DNA of 64,000 nt from Dehalococcoidia bacterium (GCA_965262725.1 OZ253555.1:3104001-3168000); one strand, 5' to 3'. Positions 28,876 to 38,973 are shown, counted from the stretch's first letter. Program-made: numbers and translations. The notes: generated by a model not told the origin, from the letters alone.

Positions 28876-31075
28876 TCACCGGGCGGCATGCGGGGTGCCC
28901 CGCCACGGTCGATATGGCCGTGGTGCCACGACGCGCTGTCCAGCTAGCGAGATGAGCCCCAGACGGTCGGCGACGGGAAACGGGTGCCCGCGATGGCGTC
29001 GCCGCCAACGCAACCGCTTCCCCAGCCAGAGTTTGAGTCTCCACATGGCAAACCAGTGCAGGACGTCGAACGCCCTCGCCGAGTTGCCGTAGCGGAAGTA
29101 GCTCATCCAGCCGCGGAGGTAGCGATTGACTTCCTCCACGACCTGCCGGGGACTCAGCAGCAGACGCAACCGCGCCGTGATTTCACGGATGCGGTCCCGC
29201 GCCCGCTGCATCGCTCGCCGTGAGGGCCAGCGTGCGAGGAACTGGATATTCTTGTTGCGCTTCGCACGTACCCAGCGATGCTCGAAGCCGAGGAACTCCA
29301 GCCCCTCGCCTCCCTCCCGCAGGTGCACGATGCGCGTCTTCTCCGCCTTGAGCTCCAGTCCGAGCTCACCCAGCAGGTCACGCAGCAGGGCCAACGCCCG
29401 CTCCGCTTCCTCCCGGCTCCGGCAGAGCACCACGAGGTCATCCGCATAGCGCACCAGCACGCCATCACCCTTCGCCTCCCAGTCCCGGTCCAACCGGTGC
29501 AGGTAGACATTGGCCAGCAGCGGGGACATCACCCCGCCCTGCGGCGTACCCGTCGCGCTGTGCTGCACGACCCCCGACTCCATCACACCGGCACGCAGCA
29601 TCGCCCGTACCAGCTTCAGGAGATTGCGGTCGCATATCCGTTCCTCGACGGCCGTCATCAGACGGTCGTGTAGGGTCAGGGGCTGGCGCGGTGCGAGCCG
29701 TAGGCGGTGGCGCATCAGTTCCAAGCCGGTTTCCCGGTGGTGCCCAACTCCACGGCCATAGCAGCGTCCGTCTCCAGCCCCTGCCACATCGAACCGGACG
29801 TGAGGTTCTCCCTCATCCGGCTCACCGATGCCCTTCACCAGATGGCATGCAGCGCTCCCCACAACGTGGGTCGTGCCTTGGCCAGCCGGTACAGCATGTG
29901 CGGAGAGCCTCGAACCCTACCAAGTGGTTGCTAGCCCCGAGGGGCACTCACCAGTCCACACCCCCAGCAACATGCACGGACAAAGTAGGGGTCCTTCCCA
30001 TCACCGGCGGTTATGTTGTCCGTCCGGCTCCAGCGGTACTACGACCCCCTCCGCCACCCTTCCGGCTGGCTGTCCACTTCCCGGCTCTGACCGGTTATAG
30101 GACGCCTCGCTCCGACGCCCTCTCACAGGGTGCCGGGCCGGGGAGGGCTTCTCCGGTTCCCGTCGCTACCTTCCGTACGTTCCACGTCCCATACGCCGGG
30201 AGGTTTCTTGAGGCTGCATTCCAGGATCTTCACCTCGTCCATGGCCTTCGCCCTGACCACCCGGGCTCGGCTCCTCCTTGGTCCTGTCAATAGACAGGCG
30301 AGTCTCACGGCGCGGCAGACTTCGCGTCATGCTGCGGACCGCACGTTTGCTCCCCCTCATAGGGCTCTTGACGTCGGGCTTCGACGCAGACCGTTTCCCG
30401 TCCACGCCGCCGACCTGCTAACGGGCCTCCTGACAGTTACCCGTGCCGGACTCTCACCGGCTGGCAGCAACGAGCATGTCTCCGGACCGGTCACGTCATC
30501 ACGTCACCACCCCTTCGACTTCCGGACGCACGCGGTATCGACTCGAAACACGAGGCGATGTCCGTCTCCACTACCCACCGCCTGCCCCGCCACGCCTCGT
30601 CAATGAGGACCTGCAGGGCGTCATGGGCCGAACGCTTCGGGCGGAAGCCGAAGCTGCATGGCAGGAAGTCGGCCTCGAAGACCGGCTCCGTCACGAGCTT
30701 CAGCGACGCCTGCACGATGCGGTCGCGGACCGAAGGAATCGAGAGCGGGCGCTCTTCCGACCGACCGGGCTTGGGTATCCAGACCCGGCGGCTCGGCTGC
30801 ACCCGGTATCTTCCCTCCTTCAGTTCCGTGGCCAGTTCATCCAGCAGGCGCTCCACGCCGTAGCGCTCGACCTCGGCGAGCGTGACGCCGTCGATACCGG
30901 CTGCGCCGCGATTGCGACGCACCTGCTCCCACGCGCGCTCCAGAATGTCTCTGCGATAAACCTTGTCGTAGAGCGCATGAAAGCGTCTATTGGGGTCGGC
31001 CTTGGCCGCCCGGTAAAGCGTGCGTTGTAGTGTTCGGACCTTGTCTTGGATGGAGTTAGCCGCTTGGGCACTCAC
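28876..31075 (-). CDS. ltrA: Group II intron RT/maturase (445 aa, no endonuclease domain), split into exons 31075-30532 and 29669-28876
   Basis: 544+794=1338 nt, open after inner-intron splicing; RT motifs including YADD and X domain; GTG start inferred. Confidence 0.92.
29670..30531 (-). mobile_element. ORF-less group II intron (inner), copy 2, 862 nt
   Basis: Reverse complement of 16020-16881, with the same length and insertion site. Confidence 0.93.
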
Positions 31076-31836
31076 CGATTCATCCCTACTCCCCACGCGT
31101 GAGCAAAGCAGGGGTCCTTCCCATCACCGGCGGTTGTGTTGTCCGTCCGGCTCAAGCGGTACTACGACCCCCTCCGTCACCCTTCCGGCTAGCTGCCCAC
31201 TTCCCGGCTTTGACCGGTTATAGGGCACCTCGCTCCGACACCATCTCGCAGGGTGCCGGGCCGGGGAGGGCTTCTCCCGTTCCCGTCGCTACCTTCCAAA
31301 CGTTCCACGCCCCTTACGCCGGGAGGTTCCTTGAGGCTGCAGCGCAACGCGCATTCAGGATCTTCACCTCGTCCATGGCCTTCGCCCTGAATTGCCGGGC
31401 TCGGCTCCTCCACTATCCGTTAACGACGCGGCAGGCTTCGCTTGATGCTGCGGACCGCCTGGTTGCTCCCCTGATAGGGCTCTTGACGTCGGGCTTCGAC
31501 GTGGACCGTTTCCCGTCCGCGCCGCCGACCTGCTAACGGGCCTCCTGACAGTTACCCGTGCCGGACTCGCACCGGCTGGCAACGACGAGCATGTCTCCAG
31601 ACCGGTTACGTCATCACGTCACCCGCCCTTCGACTTCGGGACACACCAACCTCGCCGGATATCTAGAGCGCATCCCTGAATCGGGACACTAGGAGCGGTC
31701 GGAACAGTTGCGGATGAGCGCCTTGCTCTCTGGTACCTAGTGCTTGCAGTCGATCCCCGCTCGGCGCGCTGCCAAACGCACCATGCGCACGCCACTCCAC
31801 CTGTTCAGACGATCCCTACGTCGCCGCCTGCCCGCC

Positions 31837-32235
31837 TCAGCCGGGGAGCTGCATCAGCTGCAGCGCGTTCCCGTCGGGATCGGCGAAGGTCGCGATGATC
31901 CCGCCCCAGGGCTCGCGCTCCGGCGGACGCGAGAAGGGTACGCCGGCGGCGAGCAGGCGGCGGTGGGCCGCCACGACGTCCCCGACGCGGAGGTTGATCA
32001 TCGCTCGCACCGGCTCGCGGCTGGCCCCCTCGACGGAGTCGTGCTCGGCGATCGTGAGGCGGAGCTCCCCCCACTCGAAATTGACGAAGCCCGGCCGCTC
32101 GGAGCGCGGCCTCAGGCCGAGCACATCCCGGTAGAAGCGCAGCATCGGCGGAAAGTCGCCGGTCCACAGCATCACGCCGGCAACGCCGACGATCTCCCCG
32201 TGCGCGCCCCGCGCGCCGTGGGGACGATCTGCCAC
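31837..32235 (-). CDS. VOC/glyoxalase family protein
   Basis: FYRDVLGL and PWGG..ATFADPDGN motifs. Confidence 0.88.
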   Translation of the reverse strand: MADRPHGARGAHGEIVGVAGVMLWTGDFPPMLRFYRDVLGLRPRSERPGFVNFEWGELRLTIAEHDSVEGASREPVRAMINLRVGDVVAAHRRLLAAGVPFSRPPEREPWGGIIATFADPDGNALQLMQLPG

Positions 32236-32250
32236 CGCCCGGCGCCCCGG

Positions 32251-32778
32251 CTAGTCGAAGCTGGTGAGGATCACAGGGCGCGCATGCTCCGCGAAGCCCT
32301 CCGCGCGCAGATAGGTCGGCGTCGTGCGAAAGAGGAGCCGCGTATAGCTCGGGTCATGCGGATGCGCGTCGCCCTGTCCGGTGGCCGCCTCGCGGCGGCG
32401 GAAGAAGTCGGCGACCTCCTCCGGATCCTCGATCAGCTCGGCGGTGCCAGCGACCCAGACGTTCTTCGTGTACCCGAGTGACATATACGGGGGCCCCTCG
32501 GCGTCGATGAAGAGATAGCCCACGGTCGGATTGTTGCGGACGTGCTGCACCTTGACCTGGTGGTGCTGGCTGATGGTCCCGATCGTCCAGCCCTCGACGA
32601 AGGTGGAGACGGGGCGCATCACCGGCGTGCCGTTTCGGCGCAGCGTCATCAGGAACGAGAGCGTCCCCGCATGGTACCTCGAGATGAAGGCGCGAATCTC
32701 CTCGCGGAGCGACTCCCCCGTCTCGGCGCCGACCGCCTTCTCCCCATCCCACACGCGGCCCAATCGCTGCGATGTCAT
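32251..32778 (-). CDS. Pyridoxamine-5'-phosphate-oxidase-like split-barrel protein (paralog 3)
   Basis: LMTLRRNGTP..RPV, K..HVRNNPTV, G.AELIED. Confidence 0.75.
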   Translation of the reverse strand: MTSQRLGRVWDGEKAVGAETGESLREEIRAFISRYHAGTLSFLMTLRRNGTPVMRPVSTFVEGWTIGTISQHHQVKVQHVRNNPTVGYLFIDAEGPPYMSLGYTKNVWVAGTAELIEDPEEVADFFRRREAATGQGDAHPHDPSYTRLLFRTTPTYLRAEGFAEHARPVILTSFD

Positions 32779-32825
32779 GCTCGGTTCCTCTCCCTGCCCG
32801 CCAGGCGGGCCCACCTCGGACTCCG

Positions 32826-33359
32826 CTACGCCGCCGGGACCGGCTCCGGGAACTCGCGCAGGATCACGGCCCGCATCGGCTCGCCCGGGGAGAAGCCCTC
32901 GGCGCGGACGTACTGCGGCCGCGTACGGATCAGGATGCGCCGGTAGCTCTGGTCGGTCGGGTGCGCGTCGCTGCGGCCGGTCGCCGCCGCGCGGCGCTCG
33001 AAGAAGGCCGCCACTTCGTCCGGATCCTCGACCAGCTCCGCCACGCCCTGCATCCAGACGTTGCGCGGGAACTCGAGCCGGCCGTAGCGCTCGCCGTCGA
33101 CCTCCACCCAGAGGTAGCCGACGATGGGGTCGCGGCGCACGTGCGTGGTCTTCAGGTGCAGGTCCTGCGTGATGGTGTTGGCCGTCCACCCCTCGAGGAA
33201 GCTCCCCACCGGCCGCATGATCTCGCGACCGTCCCGGCGCCTAGTCATCAGGAATGCCCGGTTCTGGCTCCAGTTCGCGATGAAGGCGCGGATCTCCTCG
33301 CGGAGGGCGTCGGCATCGGCGGCCGGCACCTCGCGTTCGCTGTCGTAGGTCTCGCCCAC
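32826..33359 (-). CDS. Pyridoxamine-5'-phosphate-oxidase-like split-barrel protein (paralog 2)
   Basis: LMTRRRDG...RPV, K..HVRRDPIV, G.AELVED. Confidence 0.75.
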   Translation of the reverse strand: MGETYDSEREVPAADADALREEIRAFIANWSQNRAFLMTRRRDGREIMRPVGSFLEGWTANTITQDLHLKTTHVRRDPIVGYLWVEVDGERYGRLEFPRNVWMQGVAELVEDPDEVAAFFERRAAATGRSDAHPTDQSYRRILIRTRPQYVRAEGFSPGEPMRAVILREFPEPVPAA

Positions 33360-33427
33360 GGCGGTCCCTCCTACACATCGCGCCGGGATGGTCCCGGCCC
33401 CCCGCCCCGGCCCCGAACCGGAAACTC

Positions 33428-33964
33428 TCAGCGCGCCGGGACGAATGCCCCCTCGCGCAGCACGACCGGGTGCAGTCCCTCGGCGAAGCCCTCCGCGCGC
33501 AGATAGCGCGGCGTGACTCGGATCAGGAGCGGCTTCCAGCCCTCGTCGTCCGCGTGCGGGTCGCCGCGGCCGGTCAGCTGGCGCCGATGCTCGTAGAAGT
33601 CGTCGATCTCCCCGCGATCCTCGACGAGCTCGGCGCGTCCCTCCACCCAGACGTTCTTGAGGTGCGGCGCCGGCGAGGTGGTCGTGTACGGCTCAAGTCC
33701 CACGAAGAGATAGCCGACGGTGGGGTCGTGCCGGACGTGCGAGGTCTTGACGTGCACGGCCTGCGTGATGGTGTGGATGCGCCAGCCGTCGACGAAGGCC
33801 GCCACCGGGCGGCTCACCGGCCGCCCGTCGCGGCGGAAGGTGACGAGGTAGGCACAGCGGGCCGATGCGTCTGAGATGAAGCTCTGGATGACGGCGGCGC
33901 GTTCTGAGGCCACCTCGGGCGAGACCTCCCGCTCGCGCTCGTAGACCTCGGCCGCGCTCAGCAT
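33428..33964 (-). CDS. Pyridoxamine-5'-phosphate-oxidase-like split-barrel protein (paralog 1)
   Basis: LVTFRRDGRP..RPV, K..HVRHDPTV, GRAELVED. Confidence 0.75.
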   Translation of the reverse strand: MLSAAEVYEREREVSPEVASERAAVIQSFISDASARCAYLVTFRRDGRPVSRPVAAFVDGWRIHTITQAVHVKTSHVRHDPTVGYLFVGLEPYTTTSPAPHLKNVWVEGRAELVEDRGEIDDFYEHRRQLTGRGDPHADDEGWKPLLIRVTPRYLRAEGFAEGLHPVVLREGAFVPAR

Positions 33965-34014
33965 GCCGCCTCCTCGCCGTCCGCGGACCATAGCAGGGCC
34001 GGGCGGCTCCGGGC

Positions 34015-34926
34015 TCACCCCGCCCCGTCGGCCCAGAAGGCCTCGGGCGGCGGGCCCCGGCCCCACCACTCGATCTCCGGGACGAGCCGCACGCCGGCGT
34101 GTGCGAGCACGCCGCGCTGCACGTCCGCCATCAGCGCCGCGATGTCCGCGGCGCTCGCCGTCCCGTCGTGCACGATGAAGTTCGCGTGGAGCTCGGAGAC
34201 ACGCGCCCCACCGACGGCGAGCCCCTTGAGCCCCGCCGCCTCGATCAGGCGACCGGCCGCGTCGCCGGGCGGATTGCGGAAGATCGATCCGGCGTTGCGC
34301 TCGGCGGTCGGCTGCGTGGCCTGCCGCGCCTGGAGCAGACGCCGCATCTCGGCCTCGATCTCGGGACGCGGGCGCGCCGTCAGGCGAAGGGTGGCGCCGA
34401 GCACGAGCACCCCCGATCCCTGCAGGCTCGTCGTGCGGTAGCCGAAGTCGAGGGAGGTCGTCGTGACGGCGCCGCCTTGCCACACCTCGACTTCGTCGAT
34501 GAGCGGCCCGATCGAGCGCCCGTCCCCGATGCCGGCGTTGCTCTGGAGCGCGCCGCCAAGCGAGCCGGGGATCCCGATCGTGAACTCGAGGTCGCCGAGC
34601 TCGCGGGCCGCGGCGGCGCGAGCGAGGGCCGGGAGCATCACGGCCGCGCCGGCGCGCACGCCGGTCGATCCGAGTTCGCCCCCCCACCGAACCTCGCCGC
34701 AGCAACGCCTGAGCGAGAGCACGAGCCCCGGCCACCCCTCGTCGGCGACGAGCAGGTTGGAGCCGCCGCCGAGCACGCGCACCGCCACTCCGGCCTGCGA
34801 CGCCCACGAGAGCACGCGCCGCAGCGACTCACGGTCCGGCGGCTCGGCATAGAGGTCGGCCGGGCCGCCGAGGCGCAGGTAGGTGTGCCGTGCGAGCGGC
34901 TCTGCCGGGCGCAGCCCGAGCTCCAC
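34015..34926 (-). CDS. murB: UDP-N-acetylenolpyruvoylglucosamine reductase
   Basis: HTYLRLGGPA, GGGSNLLV, GIPGSLGGA..NAG, FGYR, QP...NAGSIFRNP, HANF. Confidence 0.88.
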   Translation of the reverse strand: MELGLRPAEPLARHTYLRLGGPADLYAEPPDRESLRRVLSWASQAGVAVRVLGGGSNLLVADEGWPGLVLSLRRCCGEVRWGGELGSTGVRAGAAVMLPALARAAAARELGDLEFTIGIPGSLGGALQSNAGIGDGRSIGPLIDEVEVWQGGAVTTTSLDFGYRTTSLQGSGVLVLGATLRLTARPRPEIEAEMRRLLQARQATQPTAERNAGSIFRNPPGDAAGRLIEAAGLKGLAVGGARVSELHANFIVHDGTASAADIAALMADVQRGVLAHAGVRLVPEIEWWGRGPPPEAFWADGAG

Positions 34927-35098
34927 GGGAGGCGAGGGCACGCCCCCGGCCGCCGCCGCCACTACCCGCCGCCCCGTCGCCGCGCCGCCTCCATGGCGCG
35001 ATGGTACGCCGGTGGCGGGTCCCGGGCCCCTCCTCGCAGCGGCGGCGGGGAGCCTGTAGGCTCGGCGCCGACACGCCGGGAACGGGAGCAAGGCGGCG

Positions 35099-35644
35099 AT
35101 GATCGACTTCGGGCTCGTCGATGCCGTCGACGCCGATGCGGTCGGGCCGCCCGGCGAGCGGCGGTTCCGGCTCATCGCGCGCTCGTCCGGGCGCCACGCG
35201 ACCCTGTGGATGGAGAAGGAGCAGATCACAGCGCTGGGGCGCAGCTTCTCGCAGCTGCTCGCCGAGCGCTCGCGCCACCGCGGCACCCCCGACTCGGACG
35301 TGCCGCCCTTCGGCGCCCAGCCGGAGACGCCCGACATCGAGGTGCACGTCGCCAGGCTCGGTATCGACTTCCTCCCCGAGCAGGAGCACATCGTGCTGCT
35401 CGCCGACGACCGCGAGGCGCTGGAACGCGGCGAGAGCCCGCGTCTGCGCCTCGAGCTCGCCCGCAACCAGACGCTCGCCGTGATCCGCCACATCCGCGCG
35501 GTGGTCGCCGGCGGGCGGCCGCGCTGCCCGCTCTGCGGCCAGTCGCTGGAGGAGGCGGGCGCCGAGCACTTCTGCCCGCGCACGAACGGGCACTCGGAGG
35601 AGCTGAGCGTCCCCGAGGCCGGGGAGGAGCCCGGGAGGGGCTAG
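35099..35644 (+). CDS. DUF3090-family protein
   Basis: AVGPPGERRF, MEKEQ, GRPRCPLCG...HFCPRTNGH. Confidence 0.8.
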   Translation: MIDFGLVDAVDADAVGPPGERRFRLIARSSGRHATLWMEKEQITALGRSFSQLLAERSRHRGTPDSDVPPFGAQPETPDIEVHVARLGIDFLPEQEHIVLLADDREALERGESPRLRLELARNQTLAVIRHIRAVVAGGRPRCPLCGQSLEEAGAEHFCPRTNGHSEELSVPEAGEEPGRG

Positions 35645-35678
35645 CCGCGGGGGGGCTCCCGCACCGCGCATCGGGGGG

Positions 35679-35915
35679 GACATCTACACGGTCGCGCACG
35701 CCACAATCCCCTACCCCGCCGGGACGACCCGCGGGCGCATCGACCGGCGCGGCCTCGACTACAGCGCCGCCTTCGCCGCGACGATGGAGCAGGGGCAGTG
35801 GGTCGACTACATGTTCCCCAATCCCACCACGGGCGAGGACGACCTCAAGCACACCTGGGTCGTCCTCAACGACGGCCGGACCTTCGGCTCCGGCTGGTAC
35901 AAGGCCGCCGGCTAG
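35679..35915 (+). pseudogene. 5'-truncated Cache-domain gene remnant
   Basis: Start-less open frame: TVAH...[36 protein letters not shown]. Confidence 0.6.
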
Positions 35916-36079
35916 GAACCGCCGCGGCGCGGGGACCGCCCCCGCCTCTCCCACAGCCTGTGCCGCCCGCGCCTGCTACGATCCGCCGCCGGCACAGGCG
36001 CGCCCGCGGACCGACCTGCCCTGAACGACGAGGGTCGCGGGCGGCCCGGCGCGGCCGCGAGCAGCAGGAGAGGCAGCCG

Positions 36080-37756
36080 ATGTCGTTCGATCCCAGGCAC
36101 CGCAGCCGCACGCTGGTGGACGGCCCCGACCGTGCTCCGGCGCGCTCCTACTTCAAGTCGGTCGGCCTCACCAGCGAGGACCTGCGCCGGCCGCTGGTGA
36201 TGGTGGCGCACAGCTGGATCGGGACGATGCCTTGCAACTTCAGCCAGCGCGAGCTGGCGCAGCAGGTCATGGAGGGCGTGCGCGCGGCGGGCGGCACGCC
36301 GATGGAGGTCAACACCGTCGCGATCTCCGATGGCATCTCGATGGGCACGGAGGGGATGAAAGCATCCCTCATCAGCCGGGAGCTGATCGCCGACTCGATC
36401 GAGCTCTGCGGGGTCGGCTACTCCTTCGACGCAGCGGTGATCATCGTCGGGTGCGACAAGACGATCCCCGCGGGGCCGATGGCGCTCGCCCGTCTCAACC
36501 TCCCGGGCCTCGTCCTCTACTCCGGGTCCATAGCCCCCGGGCGCTATGAGGACGCAGATGTCACGATCCAGGACGTGTTCGAAGCCGTCGGTCGCCACGC
36601 CGCCGGCACGCTCTCCGCTCGCGAGCTCACGGCGCTCGAGGACGTCGCCTGCCCCGGCGCCGGCGCCTGCGGGGCCCAGTACACCGCGAACACCATGGCG
36701 ACGGTCCTGGAGTTCCTCGGGATCTCGCCACTGGGGAGCGCCACCGTCGGCGCCACCGACCCGCGCAAGGACGAGGTGGGCCGGCGCGCCGGCGAGCTGG
36801 TCATGGATCTGCTCCGGCGCGGCGTGCGGCCGCTCGACCTGCTGACGAGGCCCGCGCTTGAGAACGGCATCGCCTGCGCGGCCGCGACCGGCGGCTCCAC
36901 GAACGTGGTGCTGCATCTGCTCGCGATCGCACGCGAGGCCGGTGTCGGCCTCGGGATCGACGACTTCGACCGCATCAGCGAGCAGACGCCGCTGATCGGC
37001 GACCTGCGGCCGGGCGGTCGCTTCGTGGCCCTGGACTGGGACCGCGCCGGCGGGACACCCCTGCTCGCTCAGCGACTGCTCGCCGGAGACAAGCTCCACG
37101 GCGACGTCATGACGGTGACGGGGCGCACACTCGCCGAGGAGGCAGCGGCCGCGCCCGGGGAGACGCCCGGGCAGCAGGTCATCCGCAGTCTGGACGAGCC
37201 GCTCAAGGCGACCGGCGGCCTCGTGATCCTGCGGGGCAACCTCGCCCCCGAGGGCTGCGTCATCAAGGTCGCAGGCCACGAGCGCGTGACGCACCAGGGC
37301 CCCGCGCGCGTCTTCGAGCGCGAGGAGGACGCGATGCAGGCGGTGCTTGAGCGCCGGATCACCCCCGGCGACGTGGTCGTGATCCGGAACGAGGGGCCCC
37401 GGGGCGGGCCCGGCATGCGCGAGATGCTCGGCGTCACCGCGGCGCTCGTCGGCGCGGGACTCGACGACTCTGTCGCGCTCCTCACCGATGGCCGCTTCTC
37501 GGGGGCGACGCGCGGGCTGATGGCAGGCCACGTCGCGCCCGAGGCCGCGGCCGGCGGCCCGATCGCGCTCCTCCGGGAGGGCGATCCGATCCGCTTCGAC
37601 ATCCCGGGCCGCCGCCTCGACGTCGAGGTCGCGGCGGCCGAGATCGAGAGCCGGCGGGCATCGTGGGAGCCGCCTGAGCCGCGTTACGTGAGAGGGGTCT
37701 TCGCGAAGTACGCGCGCTCGGTCTCAGGCGCCGAGGAGGGAGCCGTCACCCGCTAG
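36080..37756 (+). CDS. ilvD: Dihydroxy-acid dehydratase
   Basis: [51 protein letters not shown]. Confidence 0.96.
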   Translation: MSFDPRHRSRTLVDGPDRAPARSYFKSVGLTSEDLRRPLVMVAHSWIGTMPCNFSQRELAQQVMEGVRAAGGTPMEVNTVAISDGISMGTEGMKASLISRELIADSIELCGVGYSFDAAVIIVGCDKTIPAGPMALARLNLPGLVLYSGSIAPGRYEDADVTIQDVFEAVGRHAAGTLSARELTALEDVACPGAGACGAQYTANTMATVLEFLGISPLGSATVGATDPRKDEVGRRAGELVMDLLRRGVRPLDLLTRPALENGIACAAATGGSTNVVLHLLAIAREAGVGLGIDDFDRISEQTPLIGDLRPGGRFVALDWDRAGGTPLLAQRLLAGDKLHGDVMTVTGRTLAEEAAAAPGETPGQQVIRSLDEPLKATGGLVILRGNLAPEGCVIKVAGHERVTHQGPARVFEREEDAMQAVLERRITPGDVVVIRNEGPRGGPGMREMLGVTAALVGAGLDDSVALLTDGRFSGATRGLMAGHVAPEAAAGGPIALLREGDPIRFDIPGRRLDVEVAAAEIESRRASWEPPEPRYVRGVFAKYARSVSGAEEGAVTR

Positions 37757-38585
37757 GGGCCGCCGGGGAACCGGGAGACTCCCCGCGGCCGCCCGCGGGC
37801 GCAATCGGGTCGAGCACGGCGCGCCACGCCGCCGGGCCGAAGCCGCCGTCGAGGTGCAGGGTGTGGCCGACCAGCATCACCGACTCCTCCGAGCACACCC
37901 AGGCGACGGCCGCCGCCACGTCGTCGGGTGCCACGTTCCGCCCGGCCGGCACGTAGGGGCGCACCCGTCCGGAGACCTCGGCGCGCACGCTGCGCTCCCC
38001 CTCCGAGCCCTCGACCCAGCCCGCCGAGACCCCGTTCACGCGGATCCCGCGCGGCGCCAGCTCGACCGCGAGGTAGAGCGTGAGCGACTCCAGCGCCGCC
38101 TTGCTCACCCCCACCGCCGCGTAGCCAGCCATGTAGTGGTGCGAACCTGGAGAGAGCAGGTTCACGATCGAGCCGCCGCCGGCCTCCTGGAGCAGGGGTG
38201 CCGCGAGCTGCGCGGCACGCCAGGGCCCGAAGAGGTTCACCTCCATCGCCCGGTGCAGGTGGGCCGGACGCTGATCGATGGCCGCGCGGGGGCGCTCTAG
38301 CCCGCGCGCGGCGTTGTTGACGAGGATGTCGAGGCCGCCCGCGAGCCGCGCACGCTCGATGAGCGACCGGAGGTCCTCGGGCACGCCCGCGTCGGAGCGC
38401 AGCGCCTCCGCCTTCACCCCCCGCGCCCGGCACTCCGCGACGGTCTCGTCGGCGTCCTCCTGCGAGCGGGCGTAGGTGAGGAGCACGTGCGCTCCCTCAT
38501 CCGCGAGCCGGAGGGCGATCGCACGGCCGATCCCACGCGACCCACCGAGCACGAGAGCGCGCCGCCCCGCCAAGGAGTCGTACAT
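37746..38585 (-). CDS. SDR oxidoreductase (FabL-like)
   Basis: [31 protein letters not shown]. Confidence 0.85.
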   Translation of the reverse strand: MYDSLAGRRALVLGGSRGIGRAIALRLADEGAHVLLTYARSQEDADETVAECRARGVKAEALRSDAGVPEDLRSLIERARLAGGLDILVNNAARGLERPRAAIDQRPAHLHRAMEVNLFGPWRAAQLAAPLLQEAGGGSIVNLLSPGSHHYMAGYAAVGVSKAALESLTLYLAVELAPRGIRVNGVSAGWVEGSEGERSVRAEVSGRVRPYVPAGRNVAPDDVAAAVAWVCSEESVMLVGHTLHLDGGFGPAAWRAVLDPIAPAGGRGESPGSPAAPSG

Positions 38586-38652
38586 GCGGGGCAGTATGCC
38601 GTAGGCGGCGGCCGGGCGGCCGACGGGACGGGGCCGGGGCCCGCGGTCCGGG

Positions 38653-38973
38653 TCAGGAGTCCCCGGGCGCGGGGGGTTCCGGATCGTCCTCGACGAGCCG
38701 CAGCAGCAGCTTCCGCAGCCGCGGCGAGCGCTGGATCTCGCGCCGCAGCCGGCGGATCTCGCGCTCGTTCACGATCAGGGGCTGTCGCTCGAAACGTCCG
38801 TCGGGGCTGTAGGAGGAGAAGCGGATCGCGTACTGCCCCTTCTTCTCGCCGAGCTCGTAGCGCAGCAGCTGGAGGGCCGGCTGGTGGAGCCCGCCCTCGA
38901 TCGCGGCCTCCTCCAGGATCAGCCCGGTCCCCCAAGGGAGCGAGAACTGGCGCGGCACGCGGCGCTGCGGCAT
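38653..38973 (-). CDS. Hypothetical protein
   Basis: 106-aa ORF with a GGAGG RBS and protein-like composition. Confidence 0.6.
   Translation of the reverse strand: MPQRRVPRQFSLPWGTGLILEEAAIEGGLHQPALQLLRYELGEKKGQYAIRFSSYSPDGRFERQPLIVNEREIRRLRREIQRSPRLRKLLLRLVEDDPEPPAPGDS

Larger units (their letters stand above)
28712..31646 (-). mobile_element. Group II intron (outer, RT-encoding), copy 2 (2073 nt plus the 862-nt inner intron)
   Basis: Reverse-complement repeat of copy 1: GTGTG start at 31646, AC end at 28712; removal restores the transposase codon ga|c. Confidence 0.94.
27581..31689 (+). mobile_element. Full-length IS630-family element hosting twintron copy 2
   Basis: TA|gtgtcctgattc ... 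gaatcgggacac|TA (11/12 IR) at a CTAG target; the transposase stop overlaps the right TA. Confidence 0.92.

Noticed and set aside
14861-31689. One composite transposon bounded by the two outer IS630 ends, or a past inversion
   Set aside because: Each element has its own matching left end and TA flanks, and the IRs pair best within each element.
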